Positions 46,904-58,474 of a DNA stretch of 64,000 nucleotides are shown one piece after another. A model generated the notes under the pieces. That model had not been told where the DNA came from. It saw nothing but the letters and a program-made list of their open reading frames with translations, and searched no databases. Source of the DNA: Planktothrix sp. GU0601_MAG3 (lineage in GTDB: Bacteria; Cyanobacteriota; Cyanobacteriia; Cyanobacteriales; Microcoleaceae); NCBI GenBank assembly GCA_035193785.1, contig CP136572.1:2196578-2260577 (forward strand), given 5' to 3'. Numbering within the stretch: position 1 is the stretch's first letter; every line of letters begins with the position of its first letter. A program made the translations under genes and the position numbers.

Positions 46904-48068
46904 ATGGGACGAGTCGGAGTCTTACTGCTAAATCTGGGCGGGCCAGAGCAACTGCAAGATGTTCGCCCCTTTTTGTACAATCTATTTTCAGACCCAGAAA
47001 TTATCCGTTTGCCCTTTGCTTGGATGCAAAAACCTCTGGCTTGGATAATTTCGACTCTGCGCTATCAAAAGTCCCAGGAAAATTATAAGGCGATCGGGGG
47101 CGGTTCTCCCCTGCGGCGAATTACGGAAGAACAAGCCATTGCCTTACAAGGATCTTTACAGGAAAAGGGCCGCGATATCCGAGTGTATGTGGGGATGCGC
47201 TATTGGAAACCCATTTACTGAGGAAGCGGTGGCTAAAATCAAACGGGATCAAATCGAACAGTTAGTTATTTTACCTTTATATCCACAATTTTCAATTAGT
47301 ACCAGTGGTTCTAGTTTTCGAGTTTTAGAAAAACTTTGGCAACAAGATCCGAGCTTACAAAAAATTGATTATACAGTGATTCCCTCTTGGTATCGTCGTC
47401 CGGGTTATTTACAAGCCATGACCGAATTAATTTACCAGGAAATTGAACATTGCGAACAACCGGAACAAGTACCGATTTTCTTTAGTGCCCACGGTGTTCC
47501 GGTGAGTTATGTTGAGGAAGCGGGAGATCCCTATCGAGACGAAATTGAAGGTTGCACGGCGGCAATTATGCGGACTTTAAACCGTCCTAACCCCCATGTT
47601 TTGGCCTATCAAAGTCGGGTTGGCCCGGTGGAATGGTTACAACCCTATACGGAGGAAGCTATTCTGGAACTTGCCAAAGAAGGGGTTAAGGAATTGGTGG
47701 TGGTTCCGATTAGTTTTGTATCAGAACATATCGAAACCTTAGAAGAAATTGATATGGAATATCGGGAACTGGCTGAAGAAGCTGGGATTGAAAAATTCCA
47801 TCGAGTTCCGGCATTAAATACCCATCCCATATTTATTAATGATTTAGCAGAAATGGTAATAGAAGCTTTAGATGCTCCTAATATTAAGTTCTCCGATGTG
47901 GCACATCCCGGCAAAAAAACCAAGATGTATCCCCAAGAAAGTTGGGAATGGGGACTCACCACCACCGCCGAGGTTTGGAATGGTCGGTTGGCTATGTTAG
48001 GAATGATTGGCATATTAATAGAAATTATTACCGGACAGGGCCCCTTACATTTCGTTGGGTTGCTGTAG
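46904..48068 (+). CDS. hemH: Ferrochelatase with C-terminal CAB domain (frameshift near 47210)
   Basis: [45 protein letters not shown]. Confidence 0.97.
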
Positions 48069-48195
48069 GAGGGGTTTGGGCCTTTGGCTATTGTGGGTTG
48101 GCGGTTGATAGTTCATCTATGCAACCGCCTTAGTTTAAGAATAATAATTGTTGTTATTGTGTTAATTGAACGATATTTAAACCAGATTTAAGAAA

Positions 48196-48463
48196 TTAAG
48201 CCATGCTATCGTTTAACGATAGATTATTAATTCTTTCTCGTAACTCTATTAGATCGGGATGTTGAGCGATATCAATATGCTTAATAGCCCAATTAAAAAA
48301 AGGGGCTAGAGAAATATAGTTAGGCTCTTGTTTTTGCATTTCTTTTGGGAACAATTGTATTAAAACCCGAGATATCTGCAATTATTTTGCTCAGTAATTG
48401 ATAATCTAAGCTGGTATCTTTTCCCTCACAAAAAATAATTCTTCCACCACTAATAACACTCAT
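48196..48463 (-). pseudogene. Probably internally deleted TOPRIM-like (DUF4435/OLD-type) partner of the ATPase
   Basis: ATG at 48463, 2 nt after the ATPase stop: MSVISGGRIIFCEGKDTSLDYQLL..TIVP, joined to KEMQKQ..FFNWAI..HPDLIELR; no DxD motif. Confidence 0.55.
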
Positions 48464-48465
48464 AA

Positions 48466-49530
48466 TCACGCCTCCAAACGAATAATATATGCTTCAGGAA
48501 CTAACTGCTCTATATAATCAGAGTGAGTTGTAATAATAAATTGATTATTTTTCCCTAATTTTGGCAAAGCTCTGAGTAACGCTTGTTGCATAGGTGGATG
48601 TAAGTGCAATTCAATTTCATCAATTAAGATAACCGAGTTATGAATATTCCAACTTCCAAAGTCGATCACCATTGGAAAAATAGCACGTTCACCCCCAGAC
48701 ATCTCTGAAATTTCATACTGATCTTTGCCATCATAGAGATAAAACCAGGGCTCACTGAGAATATCATCAACCCCTTCCCGTAGAACAGGGCCTTCAAAAC
48801 TACGTTTTGGGAAAAGGGTTCGATAAATTTGTTCTATTTCAGCATATAAATCTTTCTGTCCAGGCCGTAATTGCTCAAATTTACCATTAACAAAATCCTG
48901 ATGAAACTGTCGCCATTTGGATAGGCGATCGCGGATAATATCATGCGTAATTTCGATTTTTATATCGGGATCTTCTGATGTTAAGCTTGTTGAGGTTCGC
49001 TGTTCTGTATACCAAAGAATTGTGCCAACTCTTTCAAAAACCTGAAAACCCTCAGATCGAAGCAATTGTTTAGCATATTGTCGTCCTTTAAATTGAAATA
49101 ATTCAGAAGCAGTATTTGCTTGAACTCTTCTATCTCGCCACTTGAGATTTACAATAGATTTCTCAGCCGGAGACATTAAATTACGCCCCATCTCTTGCAA
49201 TTTCTGGTTGAATTCTCGAACCGCTTGCAATTCTGATCGAGAAAACTGGACTTTTAAACTAACTTCAGGGTCAAACTTACCCCAATTACTCCCTAATAAT
49301 TCATAGTTAAATCCTGGCCATTCTAAATCAGAAAGTGTTTTTAATCGCCCTGTTGCTTCCCCTAACGTTGCTGCAATTGCTTGTAAAAGACTTGTTTTTC
49401 CTGAACCATTCATACCGATAAGAACGATTAGATCCCTTGCTAATCCTGTTTCGGTATCAGTGAAATCCAAAAGAAGATTCCGAAATTTTTTAAAATACTT
49501 TAATTCTACAGATTGAACTTTCATAATCAA
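48466..49530 (-). CDS. ABC-type ATPase (AAA_15/AAA_21-like, SMC/OLD superfamily)
   Basis: GMNGSGKT, MSGGE signature, ILIDEIELHLHP, TTHS; no TM partner nearby. Confidence 0.88.
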   Translation of the reverse strand: MIMKVQSVELKYFKKFRNLLLDFTDTETGLARDLIVLIGMNGSGKTSLLQAIAATLGEATGRLKTLSDLEWPGFNYELLGSNWGKFDPEVSLKVQFSRSELQAVREFNQKLQEMGRNLMSPAEKSIVNLKWRDRRVQANTASELFQFKGRQYAKQLLRSEGFQVFERVGTILWYTEQRTSTSLTSEDPDIKIEITHDIIRDRLSKWRQFHQDFVNGKFEQLRPGQKDLYAEIEQIYRTLFPKRSFEGPVLREGVDDILSEPWFYLYDGKDQYEISEMSGGERAIFPMVIDFGSWNIHNSVILIDEIELHLHPPMQQALLRALPKLGKNNQFIITTHSDYIEQLVPEAYIIRLEA

Positions 49531-49603
49531 ATTAAATCGCTATTTCAGCCTAATACCCTAATATTAATGCAGATCACCACCAACAAATCGGGTACATCGA
49601 ATT

Positions 49604-50267
49604 CTACATTTTATTGATATTAACTCCGTTAATGGTTTTACCAATATCAATCATGGTTTCCTGAACTCCTTTTTCCTTTCGTTCACTATAGCGATCGCTT
49701 AAATAATCAGCCTGTCCTCTTAATAACAATGTAAATTTGTAGAGTTCTTCCATCACATCAACCAGGCGATCGCGATAGGGGGAATCCTTCATCACCCCAT
49801 CTTCATCGAACTCCTGATAGGCTTTGGCCACCGAAGACTGATTGGGAATCGTAAACATCCGCATCCAGCGCCCCAAAATTCGCAGGGTATTCACCGCATT
49901 AAAGGACTGGGAAACCGCCACAGACCTGCATCACCGCCAAAGTTCGGCCCTGGGTTGGTCTAATCGCCCCCATGGTCAGGGGAATCCAATCAATTTGATT
50001 TTTCATCACCCCACTAATTTGACCATGGAGTTCGGGACTAGACCAGACCTGACCCTCAGACCACAAACTTAATTCCCGTAACTCCTGAACTTTGGGGTGG
50101 GTATCCGGTACGCTTCCATAAATCGGTAATCCCCGGGGGTCAAAAAACCGCACTTCTGCACCAAAATCCTGAATAATTAGGGCGGCTTCTTCTGCTAATA
50201 AACGACTATAAGAACGTCCTCTTAAGGAACCGTATAATAATAGAATTCGGGGTGGATGATTCAACAT
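49604..50267 (-). CDS. arsH: Arsenical resistance NADPH-dependent FMN reductase (frameshift near 49915)
   Basis: [42 protein letters not shown]. Confidence 0.95.
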
Positions 50268-50386
50268 ATATTAGGTAATGGGGATTACGGATTTAAGAAG
50301 ATTTCACGGATTTCACGGATTTGAATCTGTGTTAATCTGCATTTCATGTTACCCGGGCGAGGGGGAAACTGGGACTGCAAAAATTG

Positions 50387-50783
50387 TCAATTCAAGGTAT
50401 CAATTAACTGTTGGACTCGGACTTTAATTTCATCTCTAACTCGATGAAAGGTTTCTAAAGGTTGTCCGTCGGGATCATCTAATTGCCAATCTTCAAAAAC
50501 TTCTTGCATTACCCAATCTTCAGGTAAGTTTACACCACAACCGCATAAAGAAATCACCGCATCATAATTTTCTGCTTGAAAATCACTTAAAGGGTTAGAA
50601 GTTTGATTGGTAATATCAATGCCGATTTCATCCATCACTTGAATAGCCGTAGGATGCACCCGACTGGCTTCTAAACCGGAAACTGGTAACGGCTATTTTT
50701 CCCGCCCCTAAAGTTCTAGCAAATCCCTCCGCCATTTGGGAACGGCAAGAATTTCTTTTGCAAACAAACATTACTTTTTTCAT
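50387..50783 (-). CDS. arsC: Arsenate reductase, LMW-PTP fold (frameshift near 50680)
   Basis: MKKVMFVCKRNSCRSQMAEG upstream of ORF; SLCGCG; WQLDDPDG. Confidence 0.92.
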
Positions 50784-50841
50784 GTCAATCTCCAATTTTT
50801 AGCATGGCTAAATTATTTAAAAAATTAGGGTATTTATGAAT

Positions 50842-51990
50842 TTAACCCTTGGCACAACGAGGATCGAATAAACTGGCTTTTTCCGGCTCTCTGGGGAACC
50901 AAAACGCCGTTTTTTTACAAATTTCGACCAACATTAACATCACCGGAACCTCAATTAATACCCCCACAACCGTTGCTAAGGCTGCACCGGAATTCAAACC
51001 AAATAATGTTACGGCTGTGGCGATCGCTACTTCAAAATGATTACTCGCCCCAATTAAGGCAGCCGGAGCCGAATCTTCATAGGATAGCTTCATTTTTAAA
51101 GCGATCAAATAGCTAATCAGAAAGATAAAATTGGTTTGGATAAATAAGGGAATGGCAATTAACAGAATATGAAAGGGATTATTAACAATTAATTCCCCTT
51201 TAAAAGCAAATAGCAACACCAAAGTAATTAACAATGCCGATATAGCAACGGGGCTTAAATAATGCAGAAATTCCCGTTCAAACCAGGCTTTTCCTTTGTT
51301 CTTAAAAATCCAATGGCGACTATACATTCCCGCCACTAATGGTAATCCCACATAAATGATCACCGATAAAAAAATCGTTAACCAAGGTACTGTCAAATCA
51401 TTAGCAGCTAGTAACCAACGCCCTAACGGTGCATATAAAAATAACATCGTCAAGGAATTAACCGCCACCATTACTAAAGTATGACCTTGATTTCCATAAC
51501 ACAAATAACCCCACATCAAAACCATCGCCGTACAGGGAGCAATTCCTAATAAAATAGTTCCGGCAATATAGGAATTAGCTAAGGAAACTTCCTGTCCTCG
51601 GATTAATTCAGTACCCGTAATTAAAGGACGAAATAACCATCCTAAAAAGAACTGAGAAAACGCCACCATTGTAAAGGGTTTAATTAACCAATTTACAACT
51701 AAAGTTAGCAATACGGGTTTAGGGGCGCGGACGGCGTTGGCAGCCTGGGTAAAATCAATTTTTACCATGATGGGATACATCATAAAAAACAGGCAAATAG
51801 CAATAGGAATCGAGATTTGATAGACGCTCATTGAGTCTAAAGTAACCGCAACTCCTGGGAATAAACGCCCTAAAATAATCCCACCAATAATACATAAAAA
51901 TACCCAAACCGTTAGGTATTTTTCAAAAAGACTCAGTTTACCCCCGACTTGCACAGCCGATGGGTTAACTTGGGGTGAATTTCTACTCAT
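50842..51990 (-). CDS. acr3: ACR3-family arsenite efflux transporter
   Basis: [44 protein letters not shown]. Confidence 0.96.
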   Translation of the reverse strand: MSRNSPQVNPSAVQVGGKLSLFEKYLTVWVFLCIIGGIILGRLFPGVAVTLDSMSVYQISIPIAICLFFMMYPIMVKIDFTQAANAVRAPKPVLLTLVVNWLIKPFTMVAFSQFFLGWLFRPLITGTELIRGQEVSLANSYIAGTILLGIAPCTAMVLMWGYLCYGNQGHTLVMVAVNSLTMLFLYAPLGRWLLAANDLTVPWLTIFLSVIIYVGLPLVAGMYSRHWIFKNKGKAWFEREFLHYLSPVAISALLITLVLLFAFKGELIVNNPFHILLIAIPLFIQTNFIFLISYLIALKMKLSYEDSAPAALIGASNHFEVAIATAVTLFGLNSGAALATVVGVLIEVPVMLMLVEICKKTAFWFPREPEKASLFDPRCAKG

Positions 51991-52052
51991 TAAACCTCCT
52001 GAAAAAAGCAGTATTCTGCTTTGTGTCTTTGTGGTTAAATTGGGTTTTAATA

Positions 52053-52144
52053 CAGGACTTACGCATCACTACTATCAATAGTAGGGGTAATTTATAAATT
52101 ACCCCTATATCTAGGGTTACATCCCTAAATTTGCGTAAGTCCTG
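52053..52144. mobile_element. MITE with CAGGACTTACGCA TIR, in the acr3 leader
   Basis: 13-bp TIR; AATA on both flanks; internal palindrome TAGGGGTAATTTATAAATTACCCCTA. Confidence 0.8.
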
Positions 52145-52157
52145 AATAGTTACCCAA

Positions 52158-52185
52158 ATTATATCAATTTTTTTTGATGCGTCAA
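52158..52185 (-). promoter_or_regulatory. ars operon promoter with ArsR-type operator
   Basis: Minus strand TTGACG-N16-TATAAT; ATCAA-N6-TTGAT at 52163-52178 matches the form of the Synechocystis arsBHC ArsR site. Confidence 0.75.
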
Positions 52186-52310
52186 GTTAAAAAAAGGTTA
52201 AGATTCTTTTAGATCATCTAAAAATTCTGAATTAGTCTGGGAAAGATTAGGGAAAATAGTAAAATTGCGATCGCTAATTTTCCCTTAATAATATACTCTT
52301 GAATTATTAA

Positions 52311-52986
52311 TTAAAACTTGGGTAACTGCCATAATTCCGGTTCAAATTCACTTAGAGAACCCAGAATTTGATCAGCCTCTTGATAAAGGGATTTATCCAT
52401 ATCTGGTGCGGGAACTGCTATTACGGACATCCCCGCCGCCCGCGCCGCAGAAACCCCGGCTAAGGCATCTTCAAATACCAAACATTCTTCGGGTTTTGCC
52501 CCTAAACGTTGGGCGACTAATAGAAAAATATCCGGTGCGGGCTTGCCATTTTTAAGTTCAGGATCATCTCCTCTAACAATAGATTGAAATAAAGAAAACC
52601 ATTGTTGATGACTTTGGGTTTTGGCGGTAAAGGGACGATTCCCTGAACTGGTAGCGATCGCTTGAGGAATATTATGATTAGCCAGATGTTTCAGTGAGAA
52701 AAACAGCCCCATCTAAGGGCAAAACATGGGGATACAATTGATAAATAATTGCATCTTTTTTCTCCAAGAATTCTTCTACCGTTACCGACAATTCCAACTC
52801 CTGAGTTAAGAGTTTGACAGAATCATGGGATTTTCTACCCCTAACTTTGCAACCGAGGGCATGATCAATGGTTTTGCCATAATGGTTGGCAACCATTTGA
52901 TTAACTTTAGTATGAAGGGGTTCTGTATCCAACAGTAAACCGTCTAAATCGTAAATAACGTGGGTAATTTTTCTAAAATTTGGCAT
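52311..52986 (-). CDS. HAD-IA hydrolase, HDHD1/pseudouridine-5'-phosphatase-like (frameshift near 52700)
   Basis: YDLDGLLLDTE, ATSS, GKPAPDIF, FEDALAG. Confidence 0.85.
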
Positions 52987-53083
52987 TGGTCAAGGGATAA
53001 AGCATTGTAGTTATTATGAATCAAATTGACGGATAAATCAAGGGGTAAAAATGGTCTGGAATTCGATGAAAAATCCCTTGAGT

Positions 53084-53629
53084 CTAGGGTGTTAATTGCC
53101 AAGATTGATGACAAGTCCAGGAATAATCGGGATGTCTCTGATAAAACCTTAATTCCCAAGCCACTTGGGAGTGGGGATTAATGCGATTTTGAGCTAAATC
53201 TTTTAATTGTTGGGCGTGTTGAAGTTGAAATTCATAGGCTAAACTCAAATGGAGCCAAGTTTTTAATCGCAAGGCTTCTAGGCGAGTTGGTGAATTAACC
53301 AATTGGCTAAAATGAATCATTAACGAGGGAATACCTTGGGCTTTTAATTCCAAACCATACCAACTAGCTTGAAATGTCATTTGGGTCACATTAATTTTTA
53401 AAGGGATCGCGGTTAATTGTGCGGTATTATAAGCGGTTTCTAGGGCTTGAATATATAGGGGAATTTGTGATTCTTGATCTTGAAAAAAGCCAGTTAAGGT
53501 ACAATGGGGCATATAATTATGGGCTGCATTTGCTCCATATAGTTCCAGGCTTTCTTGATAAAATGCTTCAATTTGTTCCGCTAATTCTCCCCGGGGACAA
53601 GCATAAATAATAAATTGACTAAGGGACAT
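53084..53629 (-). CDS. Hypothetical protein, probable 2H phosphoesterase fold
   Basis: Two Hx(T/S) motifs, PHCTL and LHLSL, about 85 aa apart. Confidence 0.65.
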   Translation of the reverse strand: MSLSQFIIYACPRGELAEQIEAFYQESLELYGANAAHNYMPHCTLTGFFQDQESQIPLYIQALETAYNTAQLTAIPLKINVTQMTFQASWYGLELKAQGIPSLMIHFSQLVNSPTRLEALRLKTWLHLSLAYEFQLQHAQQLKDLAQNRINPHSQVAWELRFYQRHPDYSWTCHQSWQLTP

Positions 53630-53661
53630 ATTGAGTTAAAGGAGACTTGATTTGATAGTCT

Positions 53662-53763
53662 TAGGACTTACGCACAAGACCAAAGAAACCGGGTTTCTGG
53701 CCCTGATTTTGCGGATGAAATCGAGATTTATCGTTCAGAAACCCGGTTTCTGCGTAAGTCCTG
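53662..53763. mobile_element. MITE with AGGACTTACGCA TIR and AGAAACCGGGTTTCT cargo
   Basis: TIRs; AGTCT direct repeat on both flanks; near-identical inverted copy at 63584-63686. Confidence 0.85.
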
Positions 53764-54041
53764 AGTCTGTGGCTGCGCCTGGGCGCGTTTATACCAGTTA
53801 TCAGTTTATCGCCTATTTCCCAAAATGATCAAGCTGTTCAGGATTTGACTATATAAAGTTAGTTAAATCTAGTTGATCTCAGAGTTAATTTCCGTTTAAA
53901 TTTTTATAATAAAGATTTAAACGAAAATATTATAACTTTTGTAAACAAATCTAAAAATTCAATCCCTTGACTTTAATGACTTTTGTATTTTGGGATTGTT
54001 ATAATTAGACAGTTATCAATTATTATTTTTAGGTGCTGATC

Positions 54042-55002
54042 ATGGAAACAACAACTAATCCTCAAACCCAGACTTTAGGATATTGGGCAGTACAAGGGAT
54101 TCAGAAACATTTGGAAAAGGTGATTAACCATGAATCTGAAGTTTTAAAAGATCATGATCCCGAAGAATTACATCAAATGCGGGTGGGAATGCGACGGTTA
54201 AGATCTGCGGTGGTTGGGTTTGCTCCAGTATTAAAATTACCCGAATCTGCCGAGGATGAAAAAATCGGTAAAATTGCCCGTCGTTTGGGAAAATTGCGAG
54301 ATTTGGACGTTTTATTAGAACTATTACAAAATGCTTATTATTCCAGATTACCACCATCAGAACAAGAAATTGTAGATAAAGTATTAATGGATTGGGTGAA
54401 ACAACGTCACAAAGCTTTTCGAGTGGTGCAATGGACTTTAGAACATAAAATATATCAAAACTTGAAGGAAGATTTACAAGATTGGATCAAAGAACCTAGT
54501 TTTACAAGTCTGGAAAAACTCCCGATTAATGAAGTTTCTACCGGATTTATTACTTCCCCAAATTAGCCATTTATTCCTGCATCCTGGTTGGCAAGTGGGA
54601 GTAACTGAGGAGCAAGTTAATTCTAATGCAATTACCTCAGAAACCTTAGAAATAATTTTAGATAAACAGGGAGAATCTTTGCACGATTTGAGAAAGCAAG
54701 CGAAGAAAGTCCGTTATCAAATGAATTTATTTACTAATTTTTATAGTTCTAAATATTCAGCCTATTTAGAAGATATCAAAGCCATTCAAGAAAATTTAGG
54801 ACATATTCAAGATAGTATGGTTTTAATGGCAAAAATAGCCGATAAAATTCCATCAAAAATTAACTCTAAACTCCCGACTTTGATCAGTCTTTTAGCAGAA
54901 AGTCACTATGAATCTTGGCAAAAATGGCAAGAACTTCAACAGCGTTATTTAAAGGCTGAAAATCGCCAGGAATTTCGCTTAGAATTACTGAATCCGCTTT
55001 AG
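54042..55002 (+). CDS. CHAD-domain protein (frameshift near 54535)
   Basis: DPEELHQMRVGMRRLRS, LGKLRDLDV, LHDLRKQAKKVRY, QENLGHIQD. Confidence 0.9.
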
Positions 55003-55201
55003 GGAATTACGAATGGGGAATGGGTAATGGGTAATGGGTAATGGGTAATGGGTAATGGGCAATAGTTTACTTCCACCGCCTCCCCTGCTCCCCCTGCTCC
55101 CCCTGCTCCCCCTGCTCCCCTGCTCCCCTGCTCCCCTGCTCCCCCTGCTCCCCCTGCTCCCCCTGCTCCCTCTGCTCCCCTTCCCCTGCCATAACAAAAT
55201 T

Positions 55202-56912
55202 TTAAGGTTCTTTTTTGGGAGTTGCAGTTGGAGGAAGTTGAGTGCTGGGGGTTTTAATTTTAACAAAAATATCATAACGGCTGGTGCGATCGCTTATAAT
55301 TGCAGTAGTTAATCCAATTGATTGAATCGCATCAATCCATAGCCTTTGATCTGGAGGAAGTTGGGGCAAAGATAGAGTTCTAACATTCGGATCAAACACC
55401 CGTTCAAGATTCATAAAAAAGTTGCCATTATTGGGCTTAAGTCCCATCGGAATAGTTTGCTGAAATAGTGGATTAGAGGTAATTGCAGCTTGAGGTGAAG
55501 GCACAATTTGATCCGCCACCGCTCCCCCTAAAGTAACAAAAGCCACATCGGATGCTAACCAACCACGGGTTACCATAAATCCCCCAAAGGGAGATACCCA
55601 TTGCACCGCCGATTGATCCTTAACTTTCGTTTCACTCACCTGAAATTTCTTATTCTTCATCACCTCATCTAACTGGGTTAAAGCCTTATCCGCCGCACCG
55701 CGATCAGAAACCTTCACCATTAATACTAACCCCGCCACAAATCTTTCTAAAGCTCTAGGATTTGGATTAGCAGGAATTAAAGATAAAGAAAATTCTCCCC
55801 CCATCCAATTCAGAACATCTTTTTCTAACTCCATCCCCGTCGCCGATTTAAAACTAGAACTCAAAACTTGAGGATTCAAGGGCGCTATGGGATTAGCATT
55901 TGCCCCTTGAGTATAATCTTCCCAAACCCGTTTTAAATTACTTCCAGAAACCATCATCAATGTATTTTCTGGAATCCGAGTTAGAATCTCTTGAGCTTTA
56001 TTTTCAACGGTAAATTTTTTCTGACTATTCGGTTTTAACCAAGACACTCCCTTAAACCCAACGCCCTGAGCTTCTAAACTAATATTAGTAGCTAATCCTT
56101 GATGCTGTTGTACCTGTTCTAAATTTTTATCAGGAATCGGATTAGAAGAACGATAGGAGGCAATCTTTGTAGCTACGGGAATATTTAGGTAAACTTGAGC
56201 AAAGGGATTAGTAGTTTTAATCGTCTCTAAACTAGCAGCATATCCAGGGGTTTTTGCTAAGGAATCCGAACCTCTATAAGTATCAATTACCCGTTCAGTT
56301 GCATTCGGATCAGTAGTGACAACTAAAAAATCTTGTCCCAGGACAGAAATCGAATAATTCTGTTTAGGATTTCCCTGGGTTTCAATAATATCAACCCCTC
56401 GATAAGATCGCTGAGTCGTTTGACCCTGTTGTACGGTTTCTCGGTTGTGATAATAATTCCTTAGCCTTGGTGGGGTTAGCAATCGGAAATACCATCACCA
56501 TCGCCTGTTGATTTAGGGTTGTAGAAGCATCCGGGGTAGGAGCAGTCCCAGAAATCAAGCTAGAATTAGGTAAGGCAGCCATCATCACTTCCTGACCGAC
56601 CCAGGGCTGAATATCCTTTTGATAATCATAGCCATTGTCCGTAAATACCCGATTTTGCCAACCCTTGAGAATTTCCTGCAACGCCGCCTGGGATGGGACT
56701 GTGCCGTATTGCTTTAATTTGTCCCATTGTTGGCTATTTGTGGAGAGGGATACGGCCACCATTGCCTCTTGGGGGACAACATTCGCACCCAGGGGAACAC
56801 CTTCTAAAAATTTACGCGCAACTAAGGTGTAGTAGGCTGCAATTCCCCCTCCAATCAGCAGCGTCGCAACTCCCACCGTCAAAACTAGATTGGGTTTAAT
56901 TTTTTGGATCAT
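55202..56912 (-). CDS. DUF3352-family protein (frameshift near 56440)
   Basis: N-terminal [28 protein letters not shown]. Confidence 0.8.
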
Positions 56913-57066
56913 GAATGGCAAGGATGGCTTTAAACAACCAGTAAACAAATTAATTCGGTATCGAGGGGAATTTTAACCCAGGGGGTCACACTTTGCAAAT
57001 TCATGATTAAATAACCCATATTTATAGGCGGTGCGTGCGCTTCGCTTACCCACCCTACGACTAAAA

Positions 57067-58318
57067 CCCGTAGGGGCGGGTTCGACAAAATCTGACAAAT
57101 CCCACAAATAATCTTGATAAACCCGTCCCCACCTCACCAAGATTTAACGTTAACAAAACGGGGTTAATATTGATTCCTATTATGGGGTTGGGCGGGTTTA
57201 TTTAGATTAATTATCATTAACAAATATTCTGTCGAACCCGCCCCTACATTCAAAAAAAAACCCGTAGGGGCGGGTTCGACAAAATCTGACAAATCCCACA
57301 AATAATCTTGATAAACCCGTCCCCACCTCACCAAGATTTAACGTCAACAAAACGGGATTAATATTGATTCCTGTCATGGGGTTGGGCGGGTTTATTTGGA
57401 TTTATTATTATTAAAAAATATTCTGGCGAACCCGGCTATACATTCAAAAAAAACTTAGGGGCGGGTTTCCGTACAATCTGACAAATCCCACAAATAATCT
57501 TGATAAACCCGTCCCCACTCACCAAGATTTAACGTTAACAAAACGGGGTTAATATTGATTCCTGTCATGGAGTGGGCGGGTTTATTTGGATTTATTATTA
57601 TTAACAAATATTCTGGCGAACCCGCCCCTACATTCAAAAAAACCCGTAGGGGCGGGTTCGACAAAATCTGACAAATCCCACAAATAATCTTGATAAACCC
57701 GTCCCCACTCACCAAGATTTAACGTTAACAAAACGGGGTTAATATTGATTCCTGTCATGGAGTGGGCGGGTTTATTTGGATTTATTATTATTAACAAATA
57801 TTCTGGCGAACCAGCCCCTACATTCAAAAAAAACCGTAGGGGCTGGTTCCGTACAATCTGACAAATCCCACAAATAATCTTGATAAACCCGTCCCCACTC
57901 ACCAAGATTTAACGTTAACAAAACGGGGTTAATATTGATTCCTGTCATGGGGTTGGGCGGGTTTATTTGGATTTATTATTATTAAAAAATATTCTGGCGA
58001 ACCCGGCCATACATTCAAAAAAAACCCGTAGGGGCGGGTTCGACAAAATCTGACAAATCCCACAAATAATCTTGATAAACCCGTCCCCACTCACCAAGAT
58101 TTAACGTTAACAAAACGGGGGTAATATTGATTCCTGTTATGGGGGTGGGCGGGTTTATTTGGATTTATTATTATTAACAAATATTCTGGCGAACCCGGCC
58201 ATACATTCAAAAAAAACCCGTAGGGGCGGGTTCGACAAAATCTGACAAATCCCACAAATAATCTTGATAAACCCGTCCCCACTCACCAAGATTTAACGTT
58301 AACAAAACGGGGTTGATA
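57067..58318. repeat. ~191-bp tandem repeat, 6 full copies plus 1 partial, built from REP doublets
   Basis: Unit starts at about 57067, 57261, 57453, 57643, 57834, 58025, 58217. Confidence 0.95.
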
Positions 58319-58474
58319 TGGTAAGGCTGGTTTGCCATTGAACACTGACAATTAAGGTTCCAAGTTCTTTAACGGCTCCAAAGTCAATGATTGTCCTGAG
58401 TTTGATTTTATAGCAATTTGTAGTCAGGCGTTCATCCCTCTTAGCCCTAAAGGGCTTACTACGTTGGTTTTAAC

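Noticed and set aside
57455..58282. ORFs inside the tandem array
   Set aside because: Frames differ between units because of variable poly-A runs; they are repeat read-through
57067..58318. CRISPR array
   Set aside because: The whole ~191-bp unit repeats, there are no unique spacers, and no cas genes are nearby
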